Source: the human T2T-CHM13v2.0 reference genome, Homo sapiens. From it: a stretch of DNA of 64,000 bases. Below the pieces are notes generated by a model. It was not told where the DNA came from, made no database searches, and saw only the letters and a list, made by a program, of their open reading frames with translations. The translations under genes and the position numbers were made by a program. The first letter of the stretch is position 1. The number at the start of each line of letters is the position of its first letter. The stretch lies in NCBI RefSeq assembly GCF_009914755.1, contig NC_060925.1. One strand, given 5' to 3'. Of this stretch, positions 1 to 13,539 are shown in pieces.

Positions 1-1903
1 CAGCACTGATAAGTATCTTGCTGGATTTGAAACCATTAAGGGAACATTATGCTACAGATGATCTGATTCACTGTGAACATTTGGTTGATGGGGGAAGGAA
101 TGCATGTGTCAGCAGTAAAGGAAATGTACCCTTGCTCAGGTGCCTATGCGACACCCATTTCCTAAATGAGCAGGATCTTGTTTTCTAGGAGCTATTTCAC
201 ACTAACTAAATAACTTTCCGAAATATCTTGCTTCACCTTGTGACTAGACCACTTTAGGCAGAATTTCATGCTCTTACCACCTTACAAAAAGAAGCAACTG
301 AACAAAAACAAACCACAAGTTTTCCCCTGATCTTTCCTCTGTTTCTCCCTGGTGATGAGTCAACTGGTGGCAGAAACTGTTAAGACATAAAGAAGGAGCT
401 GTAATATTTCTAATTCAAAGTCTTGCTTGCTCGTATCTTTTAAAAAAGTTTTTTCGCCCATACCCTGCCTCATTCCCAGGAGTATCAAGAGTGGCATATA
501 CAAATACATTTAATTATAAAAAGAGAGACATCTGGTTTCTATGAGGCTCATTTCTAACTGCTTAGATGAGTGTGAAAGGTCCTGATCCTATGTTTAATTA
601 GAACACCAACTCATTACACATTTATTTTATTATTGATTTACTTTTCTTGTATAAGTAATTGTTAACTTCTCTTGCCCCATCTTATTTCTACTCTAATAGT
701 TACTGTATAGTAGTTCACTCAGTTTATTTAGGGAGCTAAAATATGAACATATGTAGTGAAAACTAGGTACTAAATGTTTGAAGAACTAATGGTAAGGAGA
801 AATTGTATCTGGTTAGGATGTTTGGATGAGGTAGGACAAAGGAACTGATACCCTGCGATGACAGTTAAAAACAAAAAAGGCCTGAAAGTAAAGCCAAGAT
901 GAAATTTATGTATACATGTGTACTGGTGTGTTCTGATATTTATTGTTAAAATGTGAACTGTGGCTGAAATTGCTACTACTTTCTAATAGAAACCACCTAT
1001 TAGTTTTTTTGTGCTCAAAATTTACATCTGGCTCTTAAGTTTTTCTGTCTTCTCTAGGTGAGGTTTAAAAAAAATCTGCAGAAGCAGTTAGAAAACTCAA
1101 CAAAAGCTTAGCTTATGATGCATTAAAACCTTAATATATTGTGACTTTATCTAGATAATATAAAACTATTAAGGTAGGAAAAATAAAGATATAAAGCATT
1201 ACATCAAAAGCTGCCTTTACTGTGTGGTTCCAGTTCAAGTTCATTTTCTCTGAACCTCAGATCCTCCCAACTTCTCAAACATAATATGCATTTGAGATGG
1301 TAATTTAGTCACTTGGTCATAATCTTCCTGGCTTTTCTTTTATCTTAGCCCAGAGTTTAACACTCTAATCAGAGAATACTGTAATCACACTTTCTTTCCT
1401 GGAATATCAAAGCATATCATAGATTGCTGTCTTGACAGTATGTCTAGGAAGAACAAAAAAGGGGAAGGTACAAGGTGAAGGGAACTGGCTGAGGTTTAAA
1501 TGGACTATGAATACATAGAGATTGCAATACAAAAATAGGAAATAAATTTTAGATTAGACACCATTTTTAGATTATCTCTGCCTCTGTCCCCCATCATTAG
1601 TACAGATAACTTACTGTCTTAGTGTAAAAGTCATTTCCTTAGGGAAGCCTTCTTGATCTTATCATATCCTGTATTTGTCCTTTATAATACTTATCATACT
1701 CATGATTCATGACCTGTTCAATTATGTGTTAACGATTTTCTGACTGACAGGACTTTGAGCTCCACCACAATAGGGGTCACATGTCTGCCTTGCTCACTAT
1801 GGTCCCCCCAGCTCCTACTAAAGTGTTTGGCACAGGGTAGGTGCCTAAAAAAGTATTCATTTATTCACTAACATACTAATTTACTAATTGCTTTGTTTTG
1901 AAG

Positions 1904-1994
1904 TTTCAGCACATGAGAACAAAAGTACGCCCTTTGAAAAAGTAGCAGTAGATCAAAAGCACAGAGATGCTGCTGCATTTACTTTTACTTCAGG
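1904..1994 (+). ncRNA. Candidate internal exon of an antisense lncRNA (possibly EFCAB14-AS1)
   Basis: Three ACTAAY branch-like motifs at 1867-1888, T-rich tract, AG at 1903 and 1909, donor AGG|gtaagc at 1995. The link to the annotated antisense RNA is from recall only. Confidence 0.35.
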
Positions 1995-2014
1995 GTAAGC
2001 CTCCCATTATTTAC

Positions 2015-2101
2015 CTTTATGCTTTGGATTTTTACTGTATCTGTTCTGTTGGTGACTTGATCCAAAGACTGTCTTTTCAGAGTGGCAGATCTATCACCCA
2101 T
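2015..2101 (-). CDS. EFCAB14: EFCAB14 exon 8 (87 nt): MGDRSATLKRQSLDQVTNRTDTVKIQSIK; gene continues left of the window
   Basis: Acceptor ccctttaag|ATG after a (TTTG)n tract, donor AAG|gtaaat; 29 open codons. Confidence 0.93.
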
Positions 2102-3583
2102 CTTAAAGGGCAAAACAAAAACAAACAAACAAAGGGAAGATTAAAGGCAAACATTAAAACTTGAACACCTAGCACTTTTAAACAAATTCGTCAAACTTAT
2201 TTAAAGGATCTCAGAACACTCTCAACAGAAATTGCAGAGGAGTGGGAGATGGGAGGAGAGAGGGAGAAAGGCCAGAGACGAAGTTGAAACTAGTGCTTCT
2301 AGCTGTTTCAGTCACAAACTTTAAGGCTTTGAAGGATAAAAGGTGGTAGAACTTTTACTCAAAATACCATGCTGAGCACGATACTGCTCTAAGAAACAGT
2401 AGGACAGATGGATACTATTACCTATTTTCTCTGCTGGAGAAATATAAAGTAGGGGGAGAGGGCAGAGACAGTAAAGAGAGTTTAGGAGTGGTAAGTTTTC
2501 ACAATAAGCCTTGAAAACTTTCAAGGCATAATACTCATCATCCAAAATTCTTAGCCAACCTAGTTTAGCTGAGTTCAAAAGGGCTTCGTAAAATAAAGCT
2601 CCTTTAATCTTCACAGCTTTGTAGTAAATTATACAACTCTGTAAAGCAGGAGGGGGAACAGGTCTTCCAACTCCACCCTTCAAAGCCAAGTCCAGGCAAC
2701 TTGCCAAGGCTCCACTGTGGCAGAGCCAGTTCAAATGCTGCTTTCCATGAACCAGAGTTTGACTTTATTTGTGGGCTTACTTCCAGCTTTGGTGGTTACT
2801 TGAATTTATGGCACAATTTCCTGTATTTGGTTTCTATTTTTAAATATATGCCTGTGTCTTTGCTATATGAAATCTTTAAGGGTGGGGGCTGCAGTTATTA
2901 AAAAAAGAATCCATGTGGATCCCTGCACAAAGTTTATGTGAAACTGCACATTTTATTCACAACAATATGAAAATCAGTAAGCCGTGCACAGTCGGCCAGC
3001 ATCAGTGACTTAGTAGGTCAGTTTCCTTACATGTAAAATGAGGAGGTGAACTCAATGACCTCTTAAGTTGGGGAGCTGATCTGACCTGATCTGTTTCCTG
3101 ACATACGCAAAAGGTTCCCCTTAATATATAGACAGCAGGATAAATATGAAAGCCAAGTTCAGGCTTAAAGAAATGATAAAAGATTTTTGGTTACTATCAT
3201 TTTCATGGCTCCCACCCCTAATAACTTAAAAAAGAAAAGACCCAAAAGGCCCTCGGAAATACGTGCCAGCACTTCCCTACCAGATGGCGCACTGGTAACA
3301 TGACAGTAGCCTTGTCATCTCTGCCAACAACTAGTGGTGAGGCCTTGGTAAGCGACTCGACCTCTCCGCATCTCCCTCTCCAAATCAGGACAAACACTGC
3401 CTGGCCATTCACATCACACAGCTAGTGTGAGGATTAAATGAGACAACACATTGTGAGGATTAAGCACAACACAAATGTGTGGCCTCTCAAATATGCCAGA
3501 AGGCTGTTCTCAAAAGGTGGTAGAATGTTATCCATGCACAGACAAAACACACTGCATGTCACAAAAGATCAGAAAAGGCTTAC

Positions 3584-3775
3584 CATGCTGAAGGACAGGT
3601 TTGCTTTCTTTTCTACCTTGCTCATAGCAACCACATCGCTTTCTATCAGGTTGACTCTCTGGGTAAGATTACTGACTGTCTCGTTCATTCCCTCGAGTTT
3701 AAGATCATTCTGTCTCTGGTACCCCACTAGGGCACTGTTTACCTCCTCTAAAGAGTTGTGAAGGTACAGGATATC
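3584..3775 (-). CDS. EFCAB14: EFCAB14 exon 7 (192 nt): DILYLHNSLEEVNSALVGYQRQNDLKLEGMNETVSNLTQRVNLIESDVVAMSKVEKKANLSFSM
   Basis: Translated by hand (not in the ORF track). Acceptor ctctag|GAT, donor ATG|gtaagc; 64 open codons. Confidence 0.95.
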
Positions 3776-4817
3776 CTAGAGTGGAAATAAATAAAGTTAT
3801 GGAATCCACTAAAGACGTAAATTAGACAAGCAGGCCAGCAGCACCGAACAACCATTACTATGTCAAGTACTGAAGTAAACTCCTTTTCCTGGTTTTGACC
3901 ATCAATCGTCTGTCTTTGCTTTGTCCCTCGCACTCTAAATTGCTCCTTTTGGAATTGTTTGGCCTCAGCTAGACAGGAGGGGGAAAGAGGGAAGAGGACT
4001 ACCTACATGATTCACTCTTTGGTCCCAGAAAGCTGAGAGCTTGGGAATTGATTTCCCCAATGTTTACCTCACCTGCTGGAGGAAAGGCTTGCTGGGTTAT
4101 TAAATGAAAGGTCCATTAACCTAATTTGTCAGAACAAACCTACCTCAGGAACAATACCGATTACTGAATTGGCTCATGTAACAATACCATAACAAGTAGT
4201 GCATTGTTTAGTATAAGATTCAATTATTTTTACTGACATCCTCCAGTACTGATTGCTACTTTAAAAAGAATGATAACTATAGGTTTTAAAGGGCATTAAA
4301 CTCAGGACAGGAATTCTTCTGAGTGAAGATTTCCTCTATTCTCTTTAATGTGATTCTGAACTCAAAGTCTTTTTTCCCCCTCTTGCCTTTTCGTCTTTAG
4401 ACTTTAGAAAATCCTGATTTTCAAGGATATGCTTTCTAACATTCTTAGAATTTACTGTGGCTCAAAATAGCCATCACTCTGGATTACTTAGCTATCCATT
4501 CATCTTTAACCTGCCCAGATAGCTATTTTTTCATAAAGAGTTTCAGGATAATCTGCTCATTCTATGTCTTTCAAGATAAGAAAAGGAATTTACTCCACTG
4601 ACTGACATGCAGGGAAAAACTGCAAAGTGCCAAAGAAGGGAAAGGACAGCAATATGGATCCCCGAGATACCAACACACATTCCTCTCTGCTCAGCTCCCA
4701 GGCAGGCAAATAAATACAGGATGCACCTGCTGAGACACCAAACACTAAGCCCAAACTATTTGGCTGCCTCTGCAGTGCACTGTGGTCACAGGGAGTTAAG
4801 CCAGAGATAAAAAGCAC

Positions 4818-4922
4818 CTGTTTCAAATTCTCACTGTGGGTTTTATTGTCAAGTTCTGATGTGGCTGAAGGTGACGGAATGATCTGGTTGCTTCCAGGAG
4901 TCTCCTTCAAGAAGTGCTGATT
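4818..4922 (-). CDS. EFCAB14: EFCAB14 exon 6 (105 nt): NQHFLKETPGSNQIIPSPSATSELDNKTHSENLKQ
   Basis: Acceptor cttaacag|AAT, donor CAG|gtgctt. Overlaps ORF 4590..4910. Confidence 0.95.
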
Positions 4923-6417
4923 CTGTTAAGAGGAAAGAAGTTTAGTGTAGGCAACAAGGAATTATTAGGTCTACTTAACTATCTGAGATTGTCCTAGAAC
5001 ATTCTAGCCTCCCCCAGAATGCATCCACAGATTAATCAGTAAGTATTGCCAGGGAATGTACAGGCTAACCAGTCTTGTGCTAGGTTCTGAGAGAACCCAG
5101 CTTGAGCATGCACTAGGCCAGCAGCACCAAGATTACATTAGGGAACTGAGATCCTCCTAGTCTATTTCTCAATCTCTTAAAGGAATGAACTCTCTAGAAA
5201 CCATTTCTCCTTTGCCCCATTGCCTGTGCTCCCAGAGAAACTATAGCATCACTGTAACTTTCCAGGGACCAACTCGGTCTCAACCTGGGACAGTGTCATT
5301 GTTTCCACTGGACTCAAGAGCTTTGACATTAAAAAGGCAGCCAGTCATGTAACCACTGGCTTGGGCATTTAGCATAACCACCAATCATGTGCATTATTAG
5401 TTTTTCCCTTATAGCATTATGCTAAGTAAGACTTATGTTTGAGGGTTATCTTTCCTTTCCCATTCCCTTCCCACTGCTCAAGTTTCTTTCCAGAGACTGA
5501 AGTATAACATGTTTATATACACTTTTCCTTTAGTGAGGAAAACTTTGCATGGCTTAACCCTTCAGAGCCCATAACTATGACTTATCTAGCACAAAGAATG
5601 ACAGTAGGAGGATTACCATTGGCAGCTATGGAAATTTAAAAGAAGTAGATTTAATTATAACAGAATGCAACTGGTGAAAATAAGTTGTTTTCCTTGAAAT
5701 CTGAAATCAACCCTGTTTTTATAAGAAAACCAAAAGGCAACAATAAAGAGAAAAGGAGGAGAGAAGGAGGGGGGAATCCATGGTTCTAGAAGGCAGGAAA
5801 TTTTTTAGTTAGGAAAAATTATTTTAGAAAATAGTGAATTACTTGAGAGCATAATCAAGATATTAAAATAATAAAAGAATTGCTGAATTAGAGGGGTCTT
5901 TGTTACTATGGGTCACACAGTTACTCAGCGGCAGTTAGAACCAGAACCAAGGGTCTTGACACCCAGATCAATGTTTTTTCCTCTGGGTTAGCCCCACTAA
6001 GTAACAGTGAGGTGTGCCAGTCCTGAAGAAAATGGAAAAAAACTCTCTTCTAGAGCTCTCTAATATAGCCCAGGTCTCCTTGGTACAAACTTCCCAATTT
6101 AAACTTGAAATTCTGAAGCTTGCAAAGAGCAGGTGGGGGTGGGAGGGCAGATCCAGAAATTGGCAGAGAGACTAGGGAACTTTTGTGTGCCTTGAATAGT
6201 CCTGATTTCAGATGAGTTACATATAACTCATCTCCCCAGCAAGATGGCAAGGGCTGCACCATCCTTTTTTTACTCTTCATAAATCCTTCACGGGGCTGTC
6301 ACCCATTAAGTGATTGATTAAGGCCTCCAAATGACTGCAGACAGCTTACATCTGCAGCAGCACTAAGTGATCCAGAGATATTTGAAAACAATTCCTAGGC
6401 ACTGCAGGGGTTTGATT

Positions 6418-6764
6418 CTGTCAGTTATCTGTTGCTGCCTAACAAATTATCCCAAAGCTTTGTGGCTTAGAACAACAACAATTAAGTATTTCTCATGATT
6501 CTGTGGGTTGACTGGGCTCAGCTGGGGGTTGAGGGATGGGGGTGGTGCTGTTCCATGTGTTGTAGGCTGCATTTAACTGACAGCCTGGCTGGAGCTGGAA
6601 CATGCTAGACAGCCTGCCTTTCATCCACGAGCACATGTTTCAGCATTTGGGAGTCTAAGAGCCTTGCTCAAATTCCTGATGCACAGAATAGTGAGAAATA
6701 ATTACTTGTTTTAAGCCACAAACTTCTGGGGGTGCTTTGTTATGTAGTAATAAACAATGAGACA
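6418..6764. mobile_element. MLT1 (MaLR) LTR fragments in opposite orientations
   Basis: MLT1 3'-end motif on the minus strand at 6418-6480 and on the plus strand at 6665-6764. Confidence 0.65.
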
Positions 6765-7057
6765 CTTTTCCACTTCCTTTCCTTCTTTTCCATTTTCTGT
6801 CCTACCCATTCCATCCTCAGGAACTGTGTCTTATTACCTTACCTCCTCCAGTACTATGTTTGCAAAAGATTTGGCTTTTAATTTTATCTACCATAATTGC
6901 TTTATTAACAAATTGTAGAACAATCAATGTATACTGCTTATTAGATCTTTTGAACAGATGCATAGCAGGGCCTTTTCAGATTAGTGGAAAGTTGGCAACA
7001 TGACTCTTACACAAAAAAGGGTGAGCAGGAGCATGCTGACTTGCTGGGTCTCCTTAC

Positions 7058-7168
7058 CATATCACTCTGCAGTAATTCCATCGTTTTCTTGTGTTCATCC
7101 ACAGTTTTCTGTAGTGCTTCCACAGCAAGATGGACGCTGTTTAAAGTATTGCCAATGGAAGCTACACT
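7058..7168 (-). CDS. EFCAB14: EFCAB14 exon 5 (111 nt): SVASIGNTLNSVHLAVEALQKTVDEHKKTMELLQSDM
   Basis: Acceptor ccattcag|AGT, donor ATG|gtaagg. Lies within ORF 7007..7339. Confidence 0.95.
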
Positions 7169-7199
7169 CTGAATGGAAACATATAGGAAGGTGTAAAAA

Positions 7200-7950
7200 A
7201 GCTTTAAGAGACAACTGACATGCAATAAACTGTACATATTCAAAAATGTATAATTTGAATGTTTTGACACATAAACAATTGTGAAACCAGTACTACAATC
7301 AAGATAATAAACACTCATCACCTCTGAAAGTTTCCTCATGACTCTCTGTAATCACTCCCTTGCCGATCGTTCCCAGGCAACCACTGATCCACTTTCTGTC
7401 ACAATAAATCAGTCTTCATTTTCTAGATTTTATATAAGTAGAACCAGTGAGCAAGTAGTGCTTTTTAAAGTGTGGCTGCTTCTACTCAGCAGAATTGGGA
7501 TTCATCCATGTTGAGGCTACTTGGCAGGCTGCCGAGCAGCATTCCATTGTGTGGCTCTATCACAGTTTATCTCTCCCCCTGCTCATGGACATTTAGGCTG
7601 TGTTCAATATTTGACTATTACAAATGAAGCTGCTATAAACATTCGTGTTCAGGTCTTCATGTGGACTTATAGACATTCCCCTTTATCATATGCTTTCTAA
7701 TCGCCATAATACCTAGCAGGTGAATGGCTGATCATATGGCAGGTCTATGCTTCACTTGTTAAAAAACTGCCCAACAATGTTCTAAAATGGTTATGCCATT
7801 TTACATTCCCACCAGCAGGGAATGAGAGTTCCTGTTACTCCATATCCTCACCAATCCTGTACCAATATTGGTACAGTCATTCTTTTCAACTTCAGCCATT
7901 CTAATGGAAGTGTATATTGTGATTTTAATTTACATTGCCCTAATGAAACA
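7200..7950 (-). mobile_element. Old L1M 3' fragment
   Basis: ccaggcaaccactgatccactttctgtc; ccattttacattcccaccagcagggaatgagagttcc. Confidence 0.75.
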
Positions 7951-8756
7951 CTGCCCTAATGAAAATCGGTGTTTCTGATTATTTCAAATATCTTCAAACT
8001 ATGATTACATGTAGTGTATACTGAGATAATTAACAGGACTCTTTTTCTATCAATCAAACAAGTAATTTTCTTAATTTAAATGATTTTTCCTAGAGGAAAA
8101 CCAAATCTTCCCTAAAGAAAAAATATTAGTTTATAAATCTGGAACCCAGGGATAAGGTTCTCTCACAAACTGCCTCTGTCAATCCCTGCTGTGGGAAGGC
8201 AGATGGCCGAGCTAACACAGTAGACTGCCACTTGTTAGGAGCAAAGGACACTTCGAGCAAAAGTGGGAGGGAACCATATCTGGCTTTGGGAAACTCAATA
8301 CTGCAGAGATGAAAAAAAAGTAGAATCCTGTCAGCAACCACTGAATAGGGATATGAGTAGTGGCTTACTTTGCTTTCATTAGCCCTAAAAAGCCCAAGTG
8401 GACAGGGAACTTGGAGATATAATTCAGAAGCCATGTTTTAAAAAAAGCCTGTCCTAAGGGAACATCTAAAAGGGTGTTACTATTCAGTGAGTTTTGGCCT
8501 TTTCAAGACATGCTGACAGTTTTACAGTGCCACATTAGTATTTTTAACCAAGGTCATTTTTATTACACTGATATCCAAGAATCCAAGAGAACACGAGATG
8601 ACACTAATAAAAATTACATGAGATACAATAAAGTTAGGTATTTGGCATGACCTACCACTTCAAAACTGAGCCACTTGAAAGAAACACAGTGCCTGGCATG
8701 ATAAACACACAGATTTGCAAAGAGACAACACACTGGGTAAAAGTATCTAAGCTGGT

Positions 8757-8798
8757 TTGCTATCTATGTAAGCTCTGTTGCTATCTATGTAAGCTCTG
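8757..8798. repeat. Perfect 21-bp tandem duplication
   Basis: ttgctatctatgtaagctctg x2. Confidence 0.93.
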
Positions 8799-9096
8799 AA
8801 TGCCTGTTGCAAAAGCTACAGGCATTCAAAGACACCTACTGTTTGTGAATCCAATCCTCACTGGCTGGATGTATGAACCCATTGGGATGCCAGAAGATAG
8901 TAAGCTCTTGTTTAAGGATTTTTTTTTTCTTTTCTTTTTTCCCCTAAGGAAGCAACTGACAGAGCCATGTGAACTCTGGAGCAAAACTCTGAAACTAGTA
9001 TTCCCATCAACAGCAAAGTGCCTGGTACATACTGGAGGAAGTTCCACAAATGTTTATTGAATGAATAAATTCAAGAATAAACCAGTTTCCTTTTCT

Positions 9097-10457
9097 GGTA
9101 CCAAAACAGAGATATAGACCAATGGAACAGAACAGAGCCCTCAGAAATAATACCACACATCTACAACCATCTGATCTTTGACAAACCTGACAAAAACAAA
9201 AAATGGGAAAGGATTCCCTATTTAATAAATGGTGCTGGGAAAACTGGCTAGCCATATGTAGAAAGCTGAAACTGGATCCCTTCCTTACACCTTATACAAA
9301 AATTAATTCAAGATGGATTAAATACTTAAATGTTAGACCTAAAACCATAAAAACCCTAGAAGAAAACCTAGGCAATACCATTCAGGACATAGGCATGGGC
9401 AAGGACTTCATGTCTAAAACACCAAAAGCAATGGCAACAAAAGCCAAAATTGACAAATGGGATCTAACTAAACTAAAGAGCTTCTGCACAGCAAAAGAAA
9501 CTACCATCAGAGTGAACAGGCAACCTACAGAATGGAAGAAAATTTTTGCAATCTCCTCATCTGACAAACGGCTAATATCCAGAATCTACAAAGAACTTAA
9601 ACAAATTTACAAGAAAAAATCAAACAACCCCATCAAAAAGTGGGTGAAGGATACGAACAGACACTTCTCAAAAGAAGACATTTATGCAGCCAACAGACAC
9701 ATGAAAAAATGCTCATCATCACTGGCCATCACAGAAATGCAAATCAAAACCACAATGAGATACCATCTCACACCAGTTAGAATGGTGATCATTAAAAATC
9801 AGGAAACAACAGGTGCTGGAGAGGATGTGGAGAAATAGGAACACTTTTACACTGTTGGTGGGACTGTAAACTAGTTCAACCATTGTGGAAGACAGTGTGG
9901 AGATTCCTCAAGGATCTAGAACTAGAAATACCATTTGACCCAGCCATCCCGTTACTGGGTATATACCCAAAGGATTATAAATCATGTTGCTATAAAGACA
10001 CACGCACACTTATGTTTATTGCGGCACTATTCACAATAGCAAAGACTTGGAACCAACCCAAATGTCCATCAGTGATAGACTAGATTAAGAAAACATGGCA
10101 GATATACACCATGGAATACTATGCAGCCATAAAAAATGATGAGTTCATGTTCTTTGTAGGGACATGGATGAAGCTGGAAACCATCATTCTCAGCAAACTA
10201 TTGCAAGGACAAAAAACCAAACACTGCATGTTCTCACTCATAGGTGGGAATTGAACAATGAGAACACTTGGACACAGGAAGGGGAACATCACACACCGGG
10301 GCCTGTTTTGGGGTGGGGGGAGGGATAGCATTAGGAGATATACCTAATGTAAATGATGAGTTAATGGGTGCAGCACACCAACATGGCACATATATACATA
10401 CGTAACAAACCTGCACGTTGTGCACATGTACCCTAGAACTTAAAGTGTAATAAAAAA
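9097..10457 (+). mobile_element. 5'-truncated L1PA (about PA3-PA5): ORF2 C-terminus plus 3' UTR, antisense in EFCAB14 intron 4
   Basis: ORFs 9203..9838 and 9883..10083 are L1 ORF2p C-terminal sequence. L1PA 3' end present. Perfect flanking repeat at 9073-9096 and 10458-10481. Confidence 0.95.
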
Positions 10458-10974
10458 AAGAATAAACCAGTTTCCTTTTCTAATGCAAGACTGTGAGAGC
10501 TGCTTCTGTACTAATGGCTACAGAAGCCTATCATTTCCTGAATTGGCCCTAGGAACAACGGCAAGAATCTGGCCTCATCAGAGTTGTCCCTACCCCTTTT
10601 TTTTCCCCCCGAATTTGTAAGTAGATGGCCACATTGGACAAGTAGCAAATTATGGAGACTGAGCACACACAGATGGTGTGGCTATAAAATAGCAAATTTT
10701 GTCTTCGCTTATGGCTTAGAAATTTCTTGCTCCTTTGTGGAAAGAATTCATATGCTCATAGACCCTGGCACATAATCTGACCAAACTTAGCACATATTTT
10801 TATAATTCAAAGATCCTAGATTTGATATCCACCGTTTGGGGAATCCCTTCTTCCATTTCCTGTGTCAGGGGATGATGTTCTTTATGTTCGAATTAGGCAC
10901 CTCTTCTGCCTTCCTACCCCTATCCACTCTTCCCGTCCATCTCTAAGGATCCCTGAGTACTATTCATCTGGTTG

Positions 10975-11210
10975 GTCACAGCTCACTGTAGCCTCAACCT
11001 CCCAGGCTCAAGTGATCTTCCTACTTCAGCCTCCCATGTAGCTGGGACTACAGTTGTGTGCCACCATGCCCAGCTAACTTTAAAATTTTTTGTAAAGACG
11101 AGGTCTCCCTATGTTGCCCAGGCTGGTCTGTAATTCCTGGGTTCAAGTGATCCTCCTGGCTCAGCCTCCCAAAACGTTGGGATTACAGTCATGAGCTACC
11201 ATGCCCAGCC
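10975..11210 (-). mobile_element. AluJ, partial
   Basis: Alu consensus similarity. Confidence 0.85.
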
Positions 11211-11725
11211 TCCAAAGTGATTTTTACCAATTAATACTCCTAGCAGGAGCAGGAGTGTTTGAAAATTTCCTTCGTTCCACATATCCTTGCCAACACTTGT
11301 TTCCTGAATTTTTAATTTTTGCATTTCCCCAGGTCATCTTTTTTTTTTTTTTTTAACTTTCTTAATTATGGAAAGTAACAGAGATTTAGGGTAACTATCA
11401 TGTACAATTGGTCTGCTTTGATGAAGATATTGTGAGTGGTGAACTGAAAAAGCAAGCTGAAAAGCGAACCCATATATGCTAACACAAGAGTGCCAGCAGA
11501 GCAATTCTGGGACTCAGAGAGCCAAATAAAAAGGTATGAACCCATATAAATCACAGCTGAGGTAACCTGTTGCAAATTAAAGGCCTAACTAACCAGACCA
11601 AAACAAAATTGTTCTGAATTCTTTAGGACACAGTGATACACTCCATTACTGCCCTCTTGGAGCAGCTGATTTCAAATGCTAGGCTTTCAATGAAAACTTA
11701 TAAGAAGCTAGAATTATGGCAAATA

Positions 11726-11795
11726 GTACCCACACATGGCACCTACCTTCTGAAGTCTCTGTACCCACACATGGCACCTACCTTCTGAAGTCCCT
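11726..11795. repeat. 35-bp tandem duplication spanning the exon 4 splice donor
   Basis: gtacccacacatggcacctaccttctgaagtctct followed by gtacccacacatggcacctaccttctgaagtccct (34/35 identical). Confidence 0.95.
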
Positions 11796-11880
11796 CTACA
11801 GTGGTAGGCAGGCTAATCAAGTCTGCAGCTGACTTAACATTGGCTTTGAGGTGGTTCACTGCAGAAGTCAACAGAGAAAT
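11782..11880 (-). CDS. EFCAB14: EFCAB14 exon 4 (99 nt): ISLLTSAVNHLKANVKSAADLISLPTTVEGLQK
   Basis: Acceptor tttgttcag|ATT, donor AAG|gtaggt. In frame; lies within ORF 11743..11970. Confidence 0.95.
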
Positions 11881-13069
11881 CTGAACAAAAAAGAGTAACA
11901 AACAATGAAAACAAATGAGAATTTGTAGAGGACACGTTACCTTCACAAACTCTACGGTTGGTGATGTCAAGATAGTCTAGGATTTTATGTGTTTCTGCAA
12001 CCCTGTCAGCTCACAGAAGTAAAGGAGACAGTACTTTGGATAGAGTTGGGATCTGGGAGGCAACAATAATACCCCTTCTTTCCCTGCCCAATTTGAACAC
12101 TAGTGTCAAAGAGTGAAGGCAAGTGTTATTCTTTACCCTGTCCTGGCAGCACAAGATCCCAAAATCTTAAATTACTCAAAAGATGCTGTAATTATCACAC
12201 ACTCCCTCAACAATTGGACAGGAAGAAAGCTAATGATGAAGGATCACTTCAAAATTTCATTTTGGTAAAATGTAATACCTCAGTAATTTACCAAACTTTT
12301 GTTCCTGCCCAAGTGGGAACATATAAAGTAAAAGCCCATCTCACAAAATACAGTCTACAGGAACTGCACTCTGACAATTTGAACAGCACTTTCAACTACT
12401 TGGGGATTTGGTTTTGGTTTAAAAATGTGACTAATATTTCAAACTCAATAGCTCTACCAGAGCACTACTTTGTATCCTGAAGGGGCTCAATAAATACTCA
12501 CTGACTCACTGACTGATGCAATGTATGTATTAAAATAGGAATTTAATCAAAATAAAATGAGGCTTCCGTTCTGCTATTTAGGCATAGAATTCTAAACATC
12601 TAGACTTCGCTCTTGAATGGGAACTGGGGGAACCTGTGTAATAGTCAGTTTCAGGCTGCAGAGACAATATTCTAAAAGCTTTGCAGTTTGGCTCGAAACA
12701 CTTGAAAGACTCTTAGTTCTAAACCGCTTTCCCATTCTAAATTCTAGGATGAGAACACAGATCTACCAATAGCAATTATATTCAGAGTGGCCTCAGAGTA
12801 CCCACCAGTTTCTGGGCACTTGTTATGGGCCAAGCACAGTGGTAGGCACTGGGGGGTGTAAGACAAAACAGAACCTGATTCCCTACTCATTCCTTTAGCA
12901 AATGTTTGGCATCTCTGTGCCAGACACTGCTGCAGTCATTGTGGAGACAGCAGAGAGGCAAACAAGACCATGAAGCTCTGCTCTCATGGAGCATACATCC
13001 TAGTAAAAGGTGACAGAAAAACAAAGAAAAGAAATCAGATTGTAATAAGTACTGTGCTAAGAATTTTTT

Positions 13070-13414
<345 letters not shown>

Positions 13415-13539
13415 TGAGTAAGTAGTAGTAGCTTGGTCTGAGACAGGGAGTCTGGTAAGGAGCCTGGGAACTCGGGAACTCAAGTTCTCTTTTCCCTCTT
13501 TTCTTTTAGAAGGCAAAAGTTCAGAGGCTTAAGATGAAT

